Positions 1-10,365 of a stretch of DNA of 64,000 bases are shown here, one piece after another. The position numbers and the translations under genes are program-made. Under the pieces are notes generated by a model. It saw only the letters and a list, made by a program, of their open reading frames with translations. It ran no database searches and was not told the origin of the DNA. How positions within the stretch are numbered: position 1 is the stretch's first letter; each line of letters opens with the position of its first letter. Source of the DNA: a virus; the IMG/VR virus record IMGVR_UViG_3300020220_003756, positions 9,531 through 73,530 of that record. The stretch is one strand, 5' to 3'.

Positions 1-304
1 GCTCGAAATCTCTAAGAGCCAACCCTCTATGTAAAAACTCTACTGTAACATCATCGTTCTTATCTCTTTCGCCAATGATGGTAAGTTCGTTTTGTTCTAC
101 AGTGACCTTGATTTCGTCTTTTTCGAAGCCAGTGACAGCCATCTCGATCTCGTAGAGATTTTCCTGTAGTTTGGCTACATTGTATGGAGGATAATTATTG
201 CTGATCTGGTTGGAGAATCGACGCTCCATGTCATCGAAAATCCTATCAAAGCCAACTAATGCTCTGTTTAATGCCTGTGTGTCAAAACGTTGTAATTGTG
301 TCAT
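1..304 (-). CDS. Small heat-shock protein Hsp20/IbpA family (3' end outside window)
   Basis: Manual translation from ATG at 304: MTQLQRFDTQALNRALVGFDRIF...NYPPYNVAK...YEIEMAVTGFEKDEIKV...FLHRGLALRDFE; YPPYN and LHRG are IbpA motifs; SD AGGAG present. Absent from ORF track. Confidence 0.93.
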   Translation of the reverse strand, partial: MTQLQRFDTQALNRALVGFDRIFDDMERRFSNQISNNYPPYNVAKLQENLYEIEMAVTGFEKDEIKVTVEQNELTIIGERDKNDDVTVEFLHRGLALRDFE

Positions 305-381
305 TTTAAAATCTCCTTAAAAAGTAAGATAAGTTTGGGCCCTATGCCCTTGTGCTGAACCCATATAGGTGTCCTGCAACA
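305..381 (-). promoter_or_regulatory. Structured hsp20 5' leader, ROSE-like RNA thermometer candidate
   Basis: ATCTTACTTTTTAAGGAGAT hairpin pairs with the SD; same motif precedes groES and dnaK. Confidence 0.65.
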
Positions 382-417
382 TATTTATATTTTACTGTCT
401 CTGTCTGTGCGAGTCAA
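382..417 (-). promoter_or_regulatory. Overlapping sigma70-type promoter (TTGACT-17-TAAAAT) and T4-type late box TATAAATA for hsp20
   Basis: -35 at 417-412, -10 at 394-389, TATAAATA at 389-382. Confidence 0.65.
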
Positions 418-442
418 TGGGGGACTGGCCCCCATTGGATCA

Positions 443-2366
<1,924 letters not shown>

Positions 2367-2420
2367 TCGTATTTTCTCCTTATAAAGTAAGATTAACGAG
2401 GGACCCGATGGTGTCCCTAT
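2367..2420 (-). promoter_or_regulatory. Structured groES leader, ROSE-like candidate
   Basis: AGGGAC-A-CC-ATC-GG-GTCCCT hairpin followed by TCTTACTTTATAAGGAGA. Confidence 0.6.
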
Positions 2421-2422
2421 TA

Positions 2423-4315
2423 TTAATTCTTGGTTTCTGTGTATGTAGCATCGACTACATTATCATCCTGTGATTCCGGATTGGGTTTTTCTGCTTGTTC
2501 TTTAGCAGTACGTTTTTCCAAAAGAATCTTCATCGCAGGATAAACTTTTTCTAGTTCAGATTTAATCTTATCTGTGTCATCCCCTTTGACTGCTTGTTCA
2601 ACTGAGGCAACAGCAGATTCGATTTCTGATTTTTCTGAGTCTGTGAGTGTGTCTTTAAATTCCTCTACGTCACGTTTTACTTCATATACAGTAGATTCTG
2701 CTTGATTCCGTGCTTCTATTAATTCTCTGGCTTTTTTGTCTGCATCAGCATTGGCTTCGGCTTCTTTGATCATTTTTTCGATTTCTTCTTTGCTAAGACC
2801 AGAGTCAGACTTAATCGTGATCTTATTTTCTTTTCCTGTGCCTTTGTCTTTGGCAGAGATGTGCATGATGCCATTAGCATCGATGTCGAAAGTAACTTCG
2901 ATCTGTGGCATACCTCTACGTGCCGGTGCGATTCCTTCGAGGTTGAATTCGCCTAGCATTTTGTTATGTTGAACTAACTCTCTTTCTCCCTGGAATACCT
3001 TGATAGTTACAGCAGGTTGATTGTCTTCTGCGGTGGAAAATGTCTGCTGCCCCTTAGTAGGAATAGTGGTATTTTTTTGGATGATCTTGGCCATCACACC
3101 GCCCAATGTCTCGATACCGAGGCTCAGCGGAGTGACATCTAGCAGAAGAACATCTGTTCGATCACCGCCTAGCACAGCACCTTGTACTGCGGCACCAACT
3201 GCTACCGCTTCGTCGGGGTTAACGTCTTTACGAGGAGCCTTGCCGAACAATTTCTCGACTTCTTCCTGGACCTTAGGCATACGGGTCTGACCGCCAACGA
3301 GGATGACTTCATCGATGTCTGCAGCCGTAACAGCAGCATCCTTCATAGCGATGCGGCAGGGTTCTAGGCTGCGTTGGATAAGATCCTCAACTAGGCTTTC
3401 TAGTTTAGACCTAGAAATCTTAACTACTAGATGTTTCGGACCAGACGCATCTGCGGTTACATAAGGTAAGTTAACTTCTGTCTGAGCGCTGTTCGACAGT
3501 TCGATCTTGGCTTTTTCTGCAGCATCTTTAAGACGTTGCAATGCTAGGACGTCGTTCTTGAGATCTACACCGTTTTCTTTCTTAAACTCATCGACCAAGA
3601 AATCCATGATACGTTGATCAAAGTCTTCGCCTCCCAGGAATGTATCACCATTAGTCGACAACACTTCGATCTGCTTGTCACCGTCGACATTTGCGATTTC
3701 AATGATCGAAACGTCAAATGTACCGCCTCCTAGATCATACACGGCGATTTTTCGATCTTTCTTATCAGTTTTATCAACACCATAAGCCAGCGCGGCCGCT
3801 GTAGGTTCGTTGATGATACGCAGAACTTCTAGACCAGCGATCTGTCCAGCATCTTTGGTTGCCTGTCTTTGACTGTCATTGAAGTAAGCAGGAACTGTGA
3901 TAACTGCTTTGGTAACAGTTTCGCCTAGATAATCTTCTGCGGTCTTCTTCATCTTGCGAAGGACTTCAGCAGAGATTTGGGGCGGTGCTAGTTCTTTGCC
4001 CTGTGCTCGAACCCATGCATCTCCGTTTTTAGATTCCATAATTTCGTATGGCATTAAATCGATATCTTTTTGTACAGCCTGTTCTTTGAACTTGCGACCG
4101 ATCAACCGTTTGGCTGCATAAATGGTGTTTTTGGGATTAGTTACGGCCTGTCTTTTAGCGCTGGCTCCGACCAGGATTTCGTTTTCTGTGTAGGCAACGA
4201 TGCTAGGTGTAGTGCGAGCACCTTCTGAATTTTCGATTACTTTGGATTTTCCTGCCTCGATGATGGCCACGCACGAATTGGTGGTTCCGAGGTCAATACC
4301 GATGATCTTAGACAT
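2423..4315 (-). CDS. dnaK: Chaperone DnaK (Hsp70)
   Basis: [34 protein letters not shown] motifs; 630 aa. Confidence 0.99.
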   Translation of the reverse strand: MSKIIGIDLGTTNSCVAIIEAGKSKVIENSEGARTTPSIVAYTENEILVGASAKRQAVTNPKNTIYAAKRLIGRKFKEQAVQKDIDLMPYEIMESKNGDAWVRAQGKELAPPQISAEVLRKMKKTAEDYLGETVTKAVITVPAYFNDSQRQATKDAGQIAGLEVLRIINEPTAAALAYGVDKTDKKDRKIAVYDLGGGTFDVSIIEIANVDGDKQIEVLSTNGDTFLGGEDFDQRIMDFLVDEFKKENGVDLKNDVLALQRLKDAAEKAKIELSNSAQTEVNLPYVTADASGPKHLVVKISRSKLESLVEDLIQRSLEPCRIAMKDAAVTAADIDEVILVGGQTRMPKVQEEVEKLFGKAPRKDVNPDEAVAVGAAVQGAVLGGDRTDVLLLDVTPLSLGIETLGGVMAKIIQKNTTIPTKGQQTFSTAEDNQPAVTIKVFQGERELVQHNKMLGEFNLEGIAPARRGMPQIEVTFDIDANGIMHISAKDKGTGKENKITIKSDSGLSKEEIEKMIKEAEANADADKKARELIEARNQAESTVYEVKRDVEEFKDTLTDSEKSEIESAVASVEQAVKGDDTDKIKSELEKVYPAMKILLEKRTAKEQAEKPNPESQDDNVVDATYTETKN

Positions 4316-4403
4316 ACATATCTCCTTATAAAGTAAGATCTATTTTTTAGGCTCTATGCCCTGAAAATTGCCCTAATAGTGGTACAATTTACGATTTTAT
4401 TTA
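4316..4403 (-). promoter_or_regulatory. TAAATA box plus structured dnaK leader, ROSE-like candidate
   Basis: TAAATA at 4403-4398; three hairpins ending in ATCTTACTTTATAAGGAGAT. Confidence 0.6.
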
Positions 4404-4420
4404 TCTCTGAGATTATACAG

Positions 4421-4521
4421 CTAGATAAAAATATTTACGATACCTACGATGTAGATCACAGTGATCACAGCCTGGACGATGAATAGGCTATGTTTCCGCC
4501 AAATTACAGCCTGCATGACCC
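4421..4521 (-). pseudogene. Orphan 3' fragment paralogous to the membrane protein at 4740-4982
   Basis: WVMQAVIWRKHSLFIVQAVITVIYI aligns with WAIQAIMWRKWSLLTVQTVITVIYL; similarity stops at the 27-bp repeat. Confidence 0.6.
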
Positions 4522-4724
4522 AGCTGACGATCTCTGTCAGCGTATTCTCGATCTCGGTTGGCTCTCCACCATTCAAGATACAGATTCCAATCGCCGCCAA
4601 ACTTTTCACGCTTGACAATTTCTGTGATTTCGATGCAGGGCATGATTTCGGTATTGGGCAGCAGGGCTCTTGATGCTGCCCAATCACAATGCCAAAAAAT
4701 TACTAGAACAGCAGCCAAATTCAT
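4488..4724 (-). CDS. Hypothetical protein, C-terminus probably altered at the repeat
   Basis: 78-aa ORF co-oriented with neighbours; EYADRDRQL is encoded by the repeat. Confidence 0.45.
   Translation of the reverse strand: MNLAAVLVIFWHCDWAASRALLPNTEIMPCIEITEIVKREKFGGDWNLYLEWWRANRDREYADRDRQLGHAGCNLAET
4522..4553. repeat. Direct repeat copy 1 (27 bp identical, 31/32 overall) with internal inverted repeat
   Basis: agctgacgatctctgtcagcgtattct also at 8049-8075; GCTGAC-N7-GTCAGC. Confidence 0.92.
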
Positions 4725-4739
4725 GACTGTTAATATCCT

Positions 4740-4982
4740 TCATGTTAATATACTCTTGATCAAGGGCGGCAAATAGATCACTGTGATCACTGTCTGTACA
4801 GTGAGAAGACTCCACTTGCGCCACATGATGGCCTGTATGGCCCAACCTAGATTGGAAACAAACAGGAACCATATATTTAGTGGATAGATATTCATAGAAG
4901 TCAAAACCGCACCTACTATTAGGATTGCGGTTATTGACCACTCAAACCAGAATTGCCAGGGTTTTCTAATCCATTCGATCAC
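4740..4982 (-). CDS. Small multi-pass membrane protein (PnuC/SemiSWEET-like size)
   Basis: 80 aa, three hydrophobic segments, ATGA overlap with upstream gene. Confidence 0.7.
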   Translation of the reverse strand: MIEWIRKPWQFWFEWSITAILIVGAVLTSMNIYPLNIWFLFVSNLGWAIQAIMWRKWSLLTVQTVITVIYLPPLIKSILT

Positions 4983-5680
4983 TTCATGGCCCTAGCTTCT
5001 TCACGCCATGGTGCAAGACTGACCAAAGGTGTCAGTGCCAAGATCACTCCTAGTTTGAACAGGGTGCTGCCGCTCACGATCCTAGCGATGGCCTTGTTGA
5101 GATCCATGGCATCACCACCCAACAGCGGAGGAATAAACACAAAGGCAAACAGTACAAATAAAACAGCATCCACTGGCAAGCTGACTAGGTTGCTGACAAA
5201 TGTTCTTGCCCACGAACCCCAGTCACGTTCCCACAGCACTTGATACACCCAGGTGTTGACCCACTGGCTGACCACAGTGGCGATTTCTGAACCGATCACT
5301 ATGCCCAGGCTCATCTTCCACACAGCATCAAAGTTCACACTGGGTCTAAATGCCGGAGCAGGAATAAAGGTCATGGCATACATGAATGCTGCCACAGCAA
5401 GATTCAAGACCACACCTATTAGAATCACTCGTTGCACCACAGCAGCACCGGCCAGTTTGTGCAACATGTCTCTGACCACAAACACCACAGCAAATAGCAT
5501 GGCGCCGGCAGGTGTCACTACCCAACCAAAATCCAGGAACTTGGCAGCAGCAAAGTCTGCCACGGTCATGGCCATGATTAGAGTGGCACTCAAACCAATG
5601 ATCCAGTACAGTGTTCGGTTGTCCAGTTCGATCAAAGGTCGATCAAAGAACTTATCGTTCAAGTTAGTTACTACACTCAT
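4979..5680 (-). CDS. VUT/YhhQ family (queuosine precursor transporter-like) membrane protein
   Basis: AAKFLDFG..TPAGAMLFAVVFVVRD, S..A..VSQWVN, RTFVSNLVSLPVD pattern. Confidence 0.8.
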   Translation of the reverse strand: MSVVTNLNDKFFDRPLIELDNRTLYWIIGLSATLIMAMTVADFAAAKFLDFGWVVTPAGAMLFAVVFVVRDMLHKLAGAAVVQRVILIGVVLNLAVAAFMYAMTFIPAPAFRPSVNFDAVWKMSLGIVIGSEIATVVSQWVNTWVYQVLWERDWGSWARTFVSNLVSLPVDAVLFVLFAFVFIPPLLGGDAMDLNKAIARIVSGSTLFKLGVILALTPLVSLAPWREEARAMK

Positions 5681-5701
5681 TTCAGTCTCCTCTTTAAAAA
5701 A

Positions 5702-6355
5702 TTAAAATTTTGCATGATCACTCTGTCTTTCTTGGTAGTGATCACAGATGTCTGTGAACATGCATTGATCGCATTTGGGTGATCTGGCACGGCAGATATA
5801 CTTGCCGTGATCTATCAACCATTCATGAGCACCCCAGCGATACTGATCAGGGGTATCCTGCTCTAATGTTTCTGCGGTCTTGTGTTCTGCTTTTGTATTT
5901 GCTATGCCCAGTCTGTTGCTGATACGATGCACATGGGTGTCCACGGCGATAGCAGGTTCATTGAACACAAAACGCATCATGATGTCTGTGCTTTTGCGAC
6001 CCACGCCTGCCAACTGCATCAACTGCTTTCTATCATTGGGCACTGTGCCGGCATGACGATCCAACAGTTGCTGACTCATCAACTTCAGATTCTTGGCCTT
6101 GTTGTTGTACATACCAGCAGGCCGTATTAATTGTTTTAATTTGTCTATGTCCAGGGATAGGATTTCTTCCGGAGTTTCAGCATGAGCGAATAAGTTAGCG
6201 CAGGCTTCAGCGGTGCGTTCATCTTTAGTCTGGGCACTCAGTGTCACACCCACCAGACTCTTGAACGCATTGTTGTAGATTTTTTCCCGCGGCGGATTAT
6301 TTGGCACAGGATTTTGTGCGTGAAATCGTTCGTAGACTGTGACTATTTTAGACAT
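5702..6355 (-). CDS. nth: Endonuclease III (HhH-GPD glycosylase/AP lyase)
   Basis: LSAQTKD, LAGVGRKS, IAVDTHVHRISNRLG and C-x6-C-x2-C-x5-C 4Fe-4S motif. Confidence 0.95.
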   Translation of the reverse strand: MSKIVTVYERFHAQNPVPNNPPREKIYNNAFKSLVGVTLSAQTKDERTAEACANLFAHAETPEEILSLDIDKLKQLIRPAGMYNNKAKNLKLMSQQLLDRHAGTVPNDRKQLMQLAGVGRKSTDIMMRFVFNEPAIAVDTHVHRISNRLGIANTKAEHKTAETLEQDTPDQYRWGAHEWLIDHGKYICRARSPKCDQCMFTDICDHYQERQSDHAKF

Positions 6356-6821
6356 TGGCCGCTTGTAGTTTCTTTTTATTGGCTACTGCCCAGTTGCCTC
6401 TCAGTGCAAAATAAAGTCCACCAATCCATAGGCTGAAGTGCAAGTAGTCAGAGAGAATAAAAGCCCATAGACTTTCAGGCTTGAGCACTACCCAGATCAC
6501 TCCGGTCATCACGCAACACATGACCAGGCCGCAGAATCTAGTGAGTGCATCTCCCAGTTCGGCAACATAGGGCAAGTCCCGAATCTTAGCCACAGTGGCT
6601 AATCCTCCCGCCAGTAGACCAACACCGGCTAGTATTTCACCAAAGACCACGAACCACCATACCAAGGCCGGCAGACCAAATGCTGCTCCACCCGCAGGAT
6701 CAAATGGCATCTTGGCCAAGCCCTGTGTGATAAACACCACGGCCAAAGGTATTCGCAACAGCAGGTTGCTCCAGTCAAAGTCTGGCAATGTGTGCCAATA
6801 ATTTTTTAGAACCAGTTTCAT
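6348..6821 (-). CDS. DoxX family membrane protein
   Basis: LLRIPLAVVFITQGLAK ... GEILAGVGLLAG; start moved to MKLVL behind GAAAGG SD. Confidence 0.75.
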   Translation of the reverse strand: MKLVLKNYWHTLPDFDWSNLLLRIPLAVVFITQGLAKMPFDPAGGAAFGLPALVWWFVVFGEILAGVGLLAGGLATVAKIRDLPYVAELGDALTRFCGLVMCCVMTGVIWVVLKPESLWAFILSDYLHFSLWIGGLYFALRGNWAVANKKKLQAANV

Positions 6822-6834
6822 AATATGTTTCCTT

Positions 6835-7359
6835 TCAAATGCGACGGCAAATAGAGACCGCACCGCGCGATCCCAGGTCAATCAACTTTACCCATAATTT
6901 CAATGCAGGGTTGATGGATCTAACACGCGACCCAGCATCATGCTTGTGATGCACTTCGTCGGCCTGGCATTTTTTAAGTACGACTACCAGATCGTTGTGT
7001 TCGGGATAGGAAGATAACTGATCAATCTGTTGTTGATAATGATGGTCCACAAAAGTTTCCACAGCTTGTATGGTAGCATACACTGTATTGCGTCCAAATA
7101 GAGCTGGCACAGCACCAGTGAGCCAACCTGCTATTCGCCAAGGAATCTGCAGACGACTTTGCTGTGACACATGTACCAGGGACTCCATCATTCTTAAATG
7201 CTGTCGTTCCACAGCTCCATGTGCATCAGCAAACTCCAACAATTCGGGGTCTTCCCGCCACAGGGCCACTGCTTTTATACCCCGATAGATTTCTACCGCT
7301 CCAACTTCACCTGCATGATCAGAGCGTAATTCCTGATTGATGTAGTTACTGATTGACAC
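6835..7359 (-). CDS. coq7: Demethoxyubiquinone hydroxylase (Coq7, di-iron)
   Basis: LRSDHAGEVGAVEIYRG, ERQH, VETFVDHHY, DEVHH di-iron ligands. Confidence 0.9.
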   Translation of the reverse strand: MSISNYINQELRSDHAGEVGAVEIYRGIKAVALWREDPELLEFADAHGAVERQHLRMMESLVHVSQQSRLQIPWRIAGWLTGAVPALFGRNTVYATIQAVETFVDHHYQQQIDQLSSYPEHNDLVVVLKKCQADEVHHKHDAGSRVRSINPALKLWVKLIDLGSRGAVSICRRI

Positions 7360-7360
7360 T

Positions 7361-7657
7361 TTACTTCAGTGTAGCAGTATAGGCCGCGATGTTTTTAATA
7401 TCGGCTGGAGATAGTTGTGCAGCAAAGCCCCACATCAACTGACTCTGTGCGCCAATCTGTTGCTTGTTTTTGTAGGCAGTGAGTTTCCTCTCAATGTCTG
7501 CCGCTGGCTGGCCGGCCAACTTGGGACCTGCACCACCTTGACCTTGTGCGCCGTGACAGGCCACACAGGTAGCGTACTTGACTTTGCCTTGGGCCGCATC
7601 TTGTGCCATGGCTGGTACGCTTAACGCGACCAAACTTGCAAAAATAAATGATTTCAT
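7361..7657 (-). CDS. Periplasmic mono-haem cytochrome c (c553/c4-like)
   Basis: Signal peptide, CVACH haem motif, GPKLAGQ, distal Met; start at MKSFIF behind AAGGA. Confidence 0.92.
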   Translation of the reverse strand: MKSFIFASLVALSVPAMAQDAAQGKVKYATCVACHGAQGQGGAGPKLAGQPAADIERKLTAYKNKQQIGAQSQLMWGFAAQLSPADIKNIAAYTATLK

Positions 7658-7667
7658 TTTGTTTCCT

Positions 7668-7841
7668 TTAAACAATTAAATTTACTAACATTAATAATGA
7701 TAACACAAACACTAGAGTTATTACAAGCCCCGCAACAACCAATACCACAGGATTAAGTTGTTCAGCGTCCTGTTCATATTCGGATCTTTTTCTGATGCCC
7801 AGAAAAGACCACATCACTGCCCGAATTGTTCTTAACCACAT
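7668..7841 (-). CDS. DUF2970-like small membrane protein (57 aa, not in ORF track)
   Basis: MWLRTIRAVMWSFLGIRKRSEYEQDAEQLNPVVLVVAGL...; WSF.GIRK...D...LNP pattern. Confidence 0.75.
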   Translation of the reverse strand: MWLRTIRAVMWSFLGIRKRSEYEQDAEQLNPVVLVVAGLVITLVFVLSLLMLVNLIV

Positions 7842-7848
7842 ATTGGAA

Positions 7849-8025
7849 TCACTGCTCGCCCCAACTGACTCTCAACCAAACACGTTCATGCACATAAAAG
7901 ATTATGGTATGTATGATGGCCAGAGCTATGGCCCCTTGCCAGCCTGCAAAAGGTATGGTTATTAACATGGCGATCAGTCTCCAACTGACTGCTCTAGCCC
8001 AGGTGCGTGTTTTGGTTTCTGTCAT
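7849..8025 (-). CDS. DUF2061-like small membrane protein (58 aa, not in ORF track)
   Basis: MTETKTRTWARAVSWRLIA...FYVHERVWLRVSWG. Confidence 0.8.
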   Translation of the reverse strand: MTETKTRTWARAVSWRLIAMLITIPFAGWQGAIALAIIHTIIFYVHERVWLRVSWGEQ

Positions 8026-8048
8026 TTGCTTTTGTTTTCAAACTGTGT

Positions 8049-8080
8049 AGCTGACGATCTCTGTCAGCGTATTCTGGATC
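8049..8080. repeat. Direct repeat copy 2
   Basis: Matches 4522-4553 at 31/32 positions. Confidence 0.92.
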
Positions 8081-8087
8081 ACAGTAT

Positions 8088-8450
8088 TTAGATACTCGCT
8101 GCCTTCTCGGCTCGTTCTTCATCACTCATCTCAGAATCTCTCTGGGCACGATCCGATTGTCGCAGTTGATCATATTTTGGTCGATCGGGATACTGTTTCT
8201 GCACAGTCTTGATCACCAACCAAGTTATGAACGCCATGCTGACGATGGCCATGTGTCCAAACACATTGTATCCCAGATACCACATCTCGCCCGCATATAA
8301 TGAAAACGCCAGGGCCCAAAAACAGGCCAGCATGATGCTGGCGATGTATTTGATCTGCATGGGAGCATTTCTCATACCATTGAAGTTGGGATCCAGCAAT
8401 TGATAGAAAGTCCTAAACAGTAATCGCAAAAATTTGTATAGTCCGTACAT
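8088..8450 (-). CDS. Hypothetical membrane protein, paralogue of 36264-36626
   Basis: 120 aa, nearly identical to the second copy. Confidence 0.85.
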   Translation of the reverse strand: MYGLYKFLRLLFRTFYQLLDPNFNGMRNAPMQIKYIASIMLACFWALAFSLYAGEMWYLGYNVFGHMAIVSMAFITWLVIKTVQKQYPDRPKYDQLRQSDRAQRDSEMSDEERAEKAASI

Positions 8451-8460
8451 GATTATCCTC

Positions 8461-8595
8461 TCATTGACACACAGAATCGTAATACTTGCAGAAGAAAAAA
8501 TGCCATGCGAGATGTTGGTCCCTCACAGACCATAGGCCTGCTGTGATCAGGGCAACGATGCCACATATTGCGGCGAATATTATGTAAACCTTCAT
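8461..8595 (-). CDS. 44-aa membrane peptide, paralogue of 36637-36771
   Basis: MKVYIIFAAICGIVALITAGLWSVRDQHLAWHFFFCKYYDSVCQ; frame and length conserved in second copy; ATGA coupling. Confidence 0.8.
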   Translation of the reverse strand: MKVYIIFAAICGIVALITAGLWSVRDQHLAWHFFFCKYYDSVCQ

Positions 8596-9650
8596 TTTAT
8601 CTCCTCTAGAGTGAACTTCTCCTTCAATATCTGACAGGCACGATTCAATGCGTGAACACGATCACTTCTGCTTTCCTTCGTGATGATTACATCAGCCGCG
8701 CAATGACAAATGTTTTTATTACAAATTATCTTTTCTTTAGGCCAGTCAAATCCTGTAACTATATTTCCTAGATGACCGCCAACTTCACAATTTGCACGTT
8801 GCACTCTTCCGTCATGTAAAACAAATAAACTTTCTAATCCTATAGAGCATTCCCATCCGAAAAAATTATTTGATTTAGTTTTTTCTAGATCCGATTGTAT
8901 GTTTAAAGAAAAAAATTCTTGAGATCCATCATCATATAACACATTTGATTTTGTTTTGTTCATTCGATGATTAGTTAATTTTTTTAGTTTCGGATCTCCG
9001 AAGACTATAGGCGTGTTTTTTAAAAAATCTAATTGTTCGTCAGTGTAAGATGCATCAAAATAATTAATTCCCGTACCAAAGTCAGGTAATATTCTTACCA
9101 CTTCGATAGTAAAAGGTTCAGATGCTAACAAAGCCTTTTCATACATTCTAACGCATCTATCCCAATTTCTGGGATGCATCATTATTCTTAATGTAACATA
9201 GGATTTGTGAGATAATTTTGATAACTTATCAATAAATTCGTCCTCTTCCTCTTCTGATATTACAAATTCTGAATGATAGCTTACGCTTATAGAACAAAAT
9301 TTATAAGCTATATCTTTCCAATAATCCCAAGAACGTACAAGATTTGTAGTCACATGCACAGTTCCGCCTTTATCATAAATGGTGTCAACTAAATCTTTAA
9401 AAAAAGGACTTACTGTAGGTTCTCCGCCTGAAAGACTGCAGTGGACATAAGAGAATTTTTCAAAGCACCGATCTAAAAAAGGCTTTACATGTTTCCAATC
9501 GTAGTGATGATTTTTGCCGCCATGCACAATTTCAGGACAATAACTACAATGATAGGTACAAATATTATTTAAAAGCCAGGTAAGAAAAAGTCCAGGAGAA
9601 GTTTTTTCTATCTTTATTATTTTTTTACCGTTATAGATTATTGGATTCAT
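8592..9650 (-). CDS. Radical SAM protein with C-terminal Cys cluster (SPASM/twitch-like)
   Basis: CTYHCSYC, SGGEPT, TTN, C-terminal cysteines; visibly AT-rich. Confidence 0.92.
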   Translation of the reverse strand: MNPIIYNGKKIIKIEKTSPGLFLTWLLNNICTYHCSYCPEIVHGGKNHHYDWKHVKPFLDRCFEKFSYVHCSLSGGEPTVSPFFKDLVDTIYDKGGTVHVTTNLVRSWDYWKDIAYKFCSISVSYHSEFVISEEEEDEFIDKLSKLSHKSYVTLRIMMHPRNWDRCVRMYEKALLASEPFTIEVVRILPDFGTGINYFDASYTDEQLDFLKNTPIVFGDPKLKKLTNHRMNKTKSNVLYDDGSQEFFSLNIQSDLEKTKSNNFFGWECSIGLESLFVLHDGRVQRANCEVGGHLGNIVTGFDWPKEKIICNKNICHCAADVIITKESRSDRVHALNRACQILKEKFTLEEIK

Positions 9651-9742
9651 AATTTAACCTAATATAATCTAGTTCTTGAATTCGTTCGTTCACGGTTGTT
9701 TTCCTTTCTTTTATTTTAAAAATACATCGTTGATTGCTTAAT

Positions 9743-10330
9743 TTATCTCTGTTTTGCCAGTGGTGTGAACAATTTTCCATCCATGCTGCTTGCAGATCTC
9801 AATTTCTTAAACACATTTTGTACACCCACTGCCTGATTCCAAGCATCTTCTAGCGCATGATGTTTCAGCACAGGTGGCCGCTGCGGATCTATACCGAGAT
9901 CGAACAATGTGCGTGTATCCCTGACTTCCCAAAAACTCCAAGGGATGGCTTTCCCGATCTTGCGGAAAAGGTGTTCGCAGATTATGACATCAAATCCTGC
10001 CCCATGGCTCCAAACCCGTTTCGCTCCCCAGCAGAATTTGTATAGTTGATTCATAGCATCAACGATATTGATTCTGCCTTCAGGATCGAATGCTTCTTCC
10101 TGTGCTGCCTTACTTTGATTTGCCCACCAGTCTAGGGTAGATTGGCTTACGGTGCAACCTATGCGATCACAACTATCTAAGTCTACTTTAACATAAAACT
10201 TTTCACAAGATGGTTCAGATATATCGTCACCGAATGGATCAAATTTGACTGCGCCAATCGTTAAAATAGTTGCTGTGGGGAGAACATCTAAGGTCTCCAT
10301 GTCGATCATGATATCAGTAAGTGCGGTCAT
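9743..10330 (-). CDS. DEDDh 3'-5' exonuclease (Rv2179c-like)
   Basis: IDMET, WSHGAGFD, RDTRT, HHALEDA. Confidence 0.85.
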   Translation of the reverse strand: MTALTDIMIDMETLDVLPTATILTIGAVKFDPFGDDISEPSCEKFYVKVDLDSCDRIGCTVSQSTLDWWANQSKAAQEEAFDPEGRINIVDAMNQLYKFCWGAKRVWSHGAGFDVIICEHLFRKIGKAIPWSFWEVRDTRTLFDLGIDPQRPPVLKHHALEDAWNQAVGVQNVFKKLRSASSMDGKLFTPLAKQR

Positions 10331-10336
10331 GCTGCT

Positions 10337-10365
10337 ATTATACTTTCTATTATCGTTTAAGTCAA
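10337..10365 (-). promoter_or_regulatory. sigma70-type promoter giving a probably leaderless transcript
   Basis: TTGACT-17-TATAAT, 6 nt before ATG, no SD. Confidence 0.75.

Noticed and set aside
4421-4687. 88-aa ORF as a real full-length gene
   Set aside because: Only the part left of the 27-bp repeat resembles a protein; the rest overlaps the 4488-4724 ORF in another frame.
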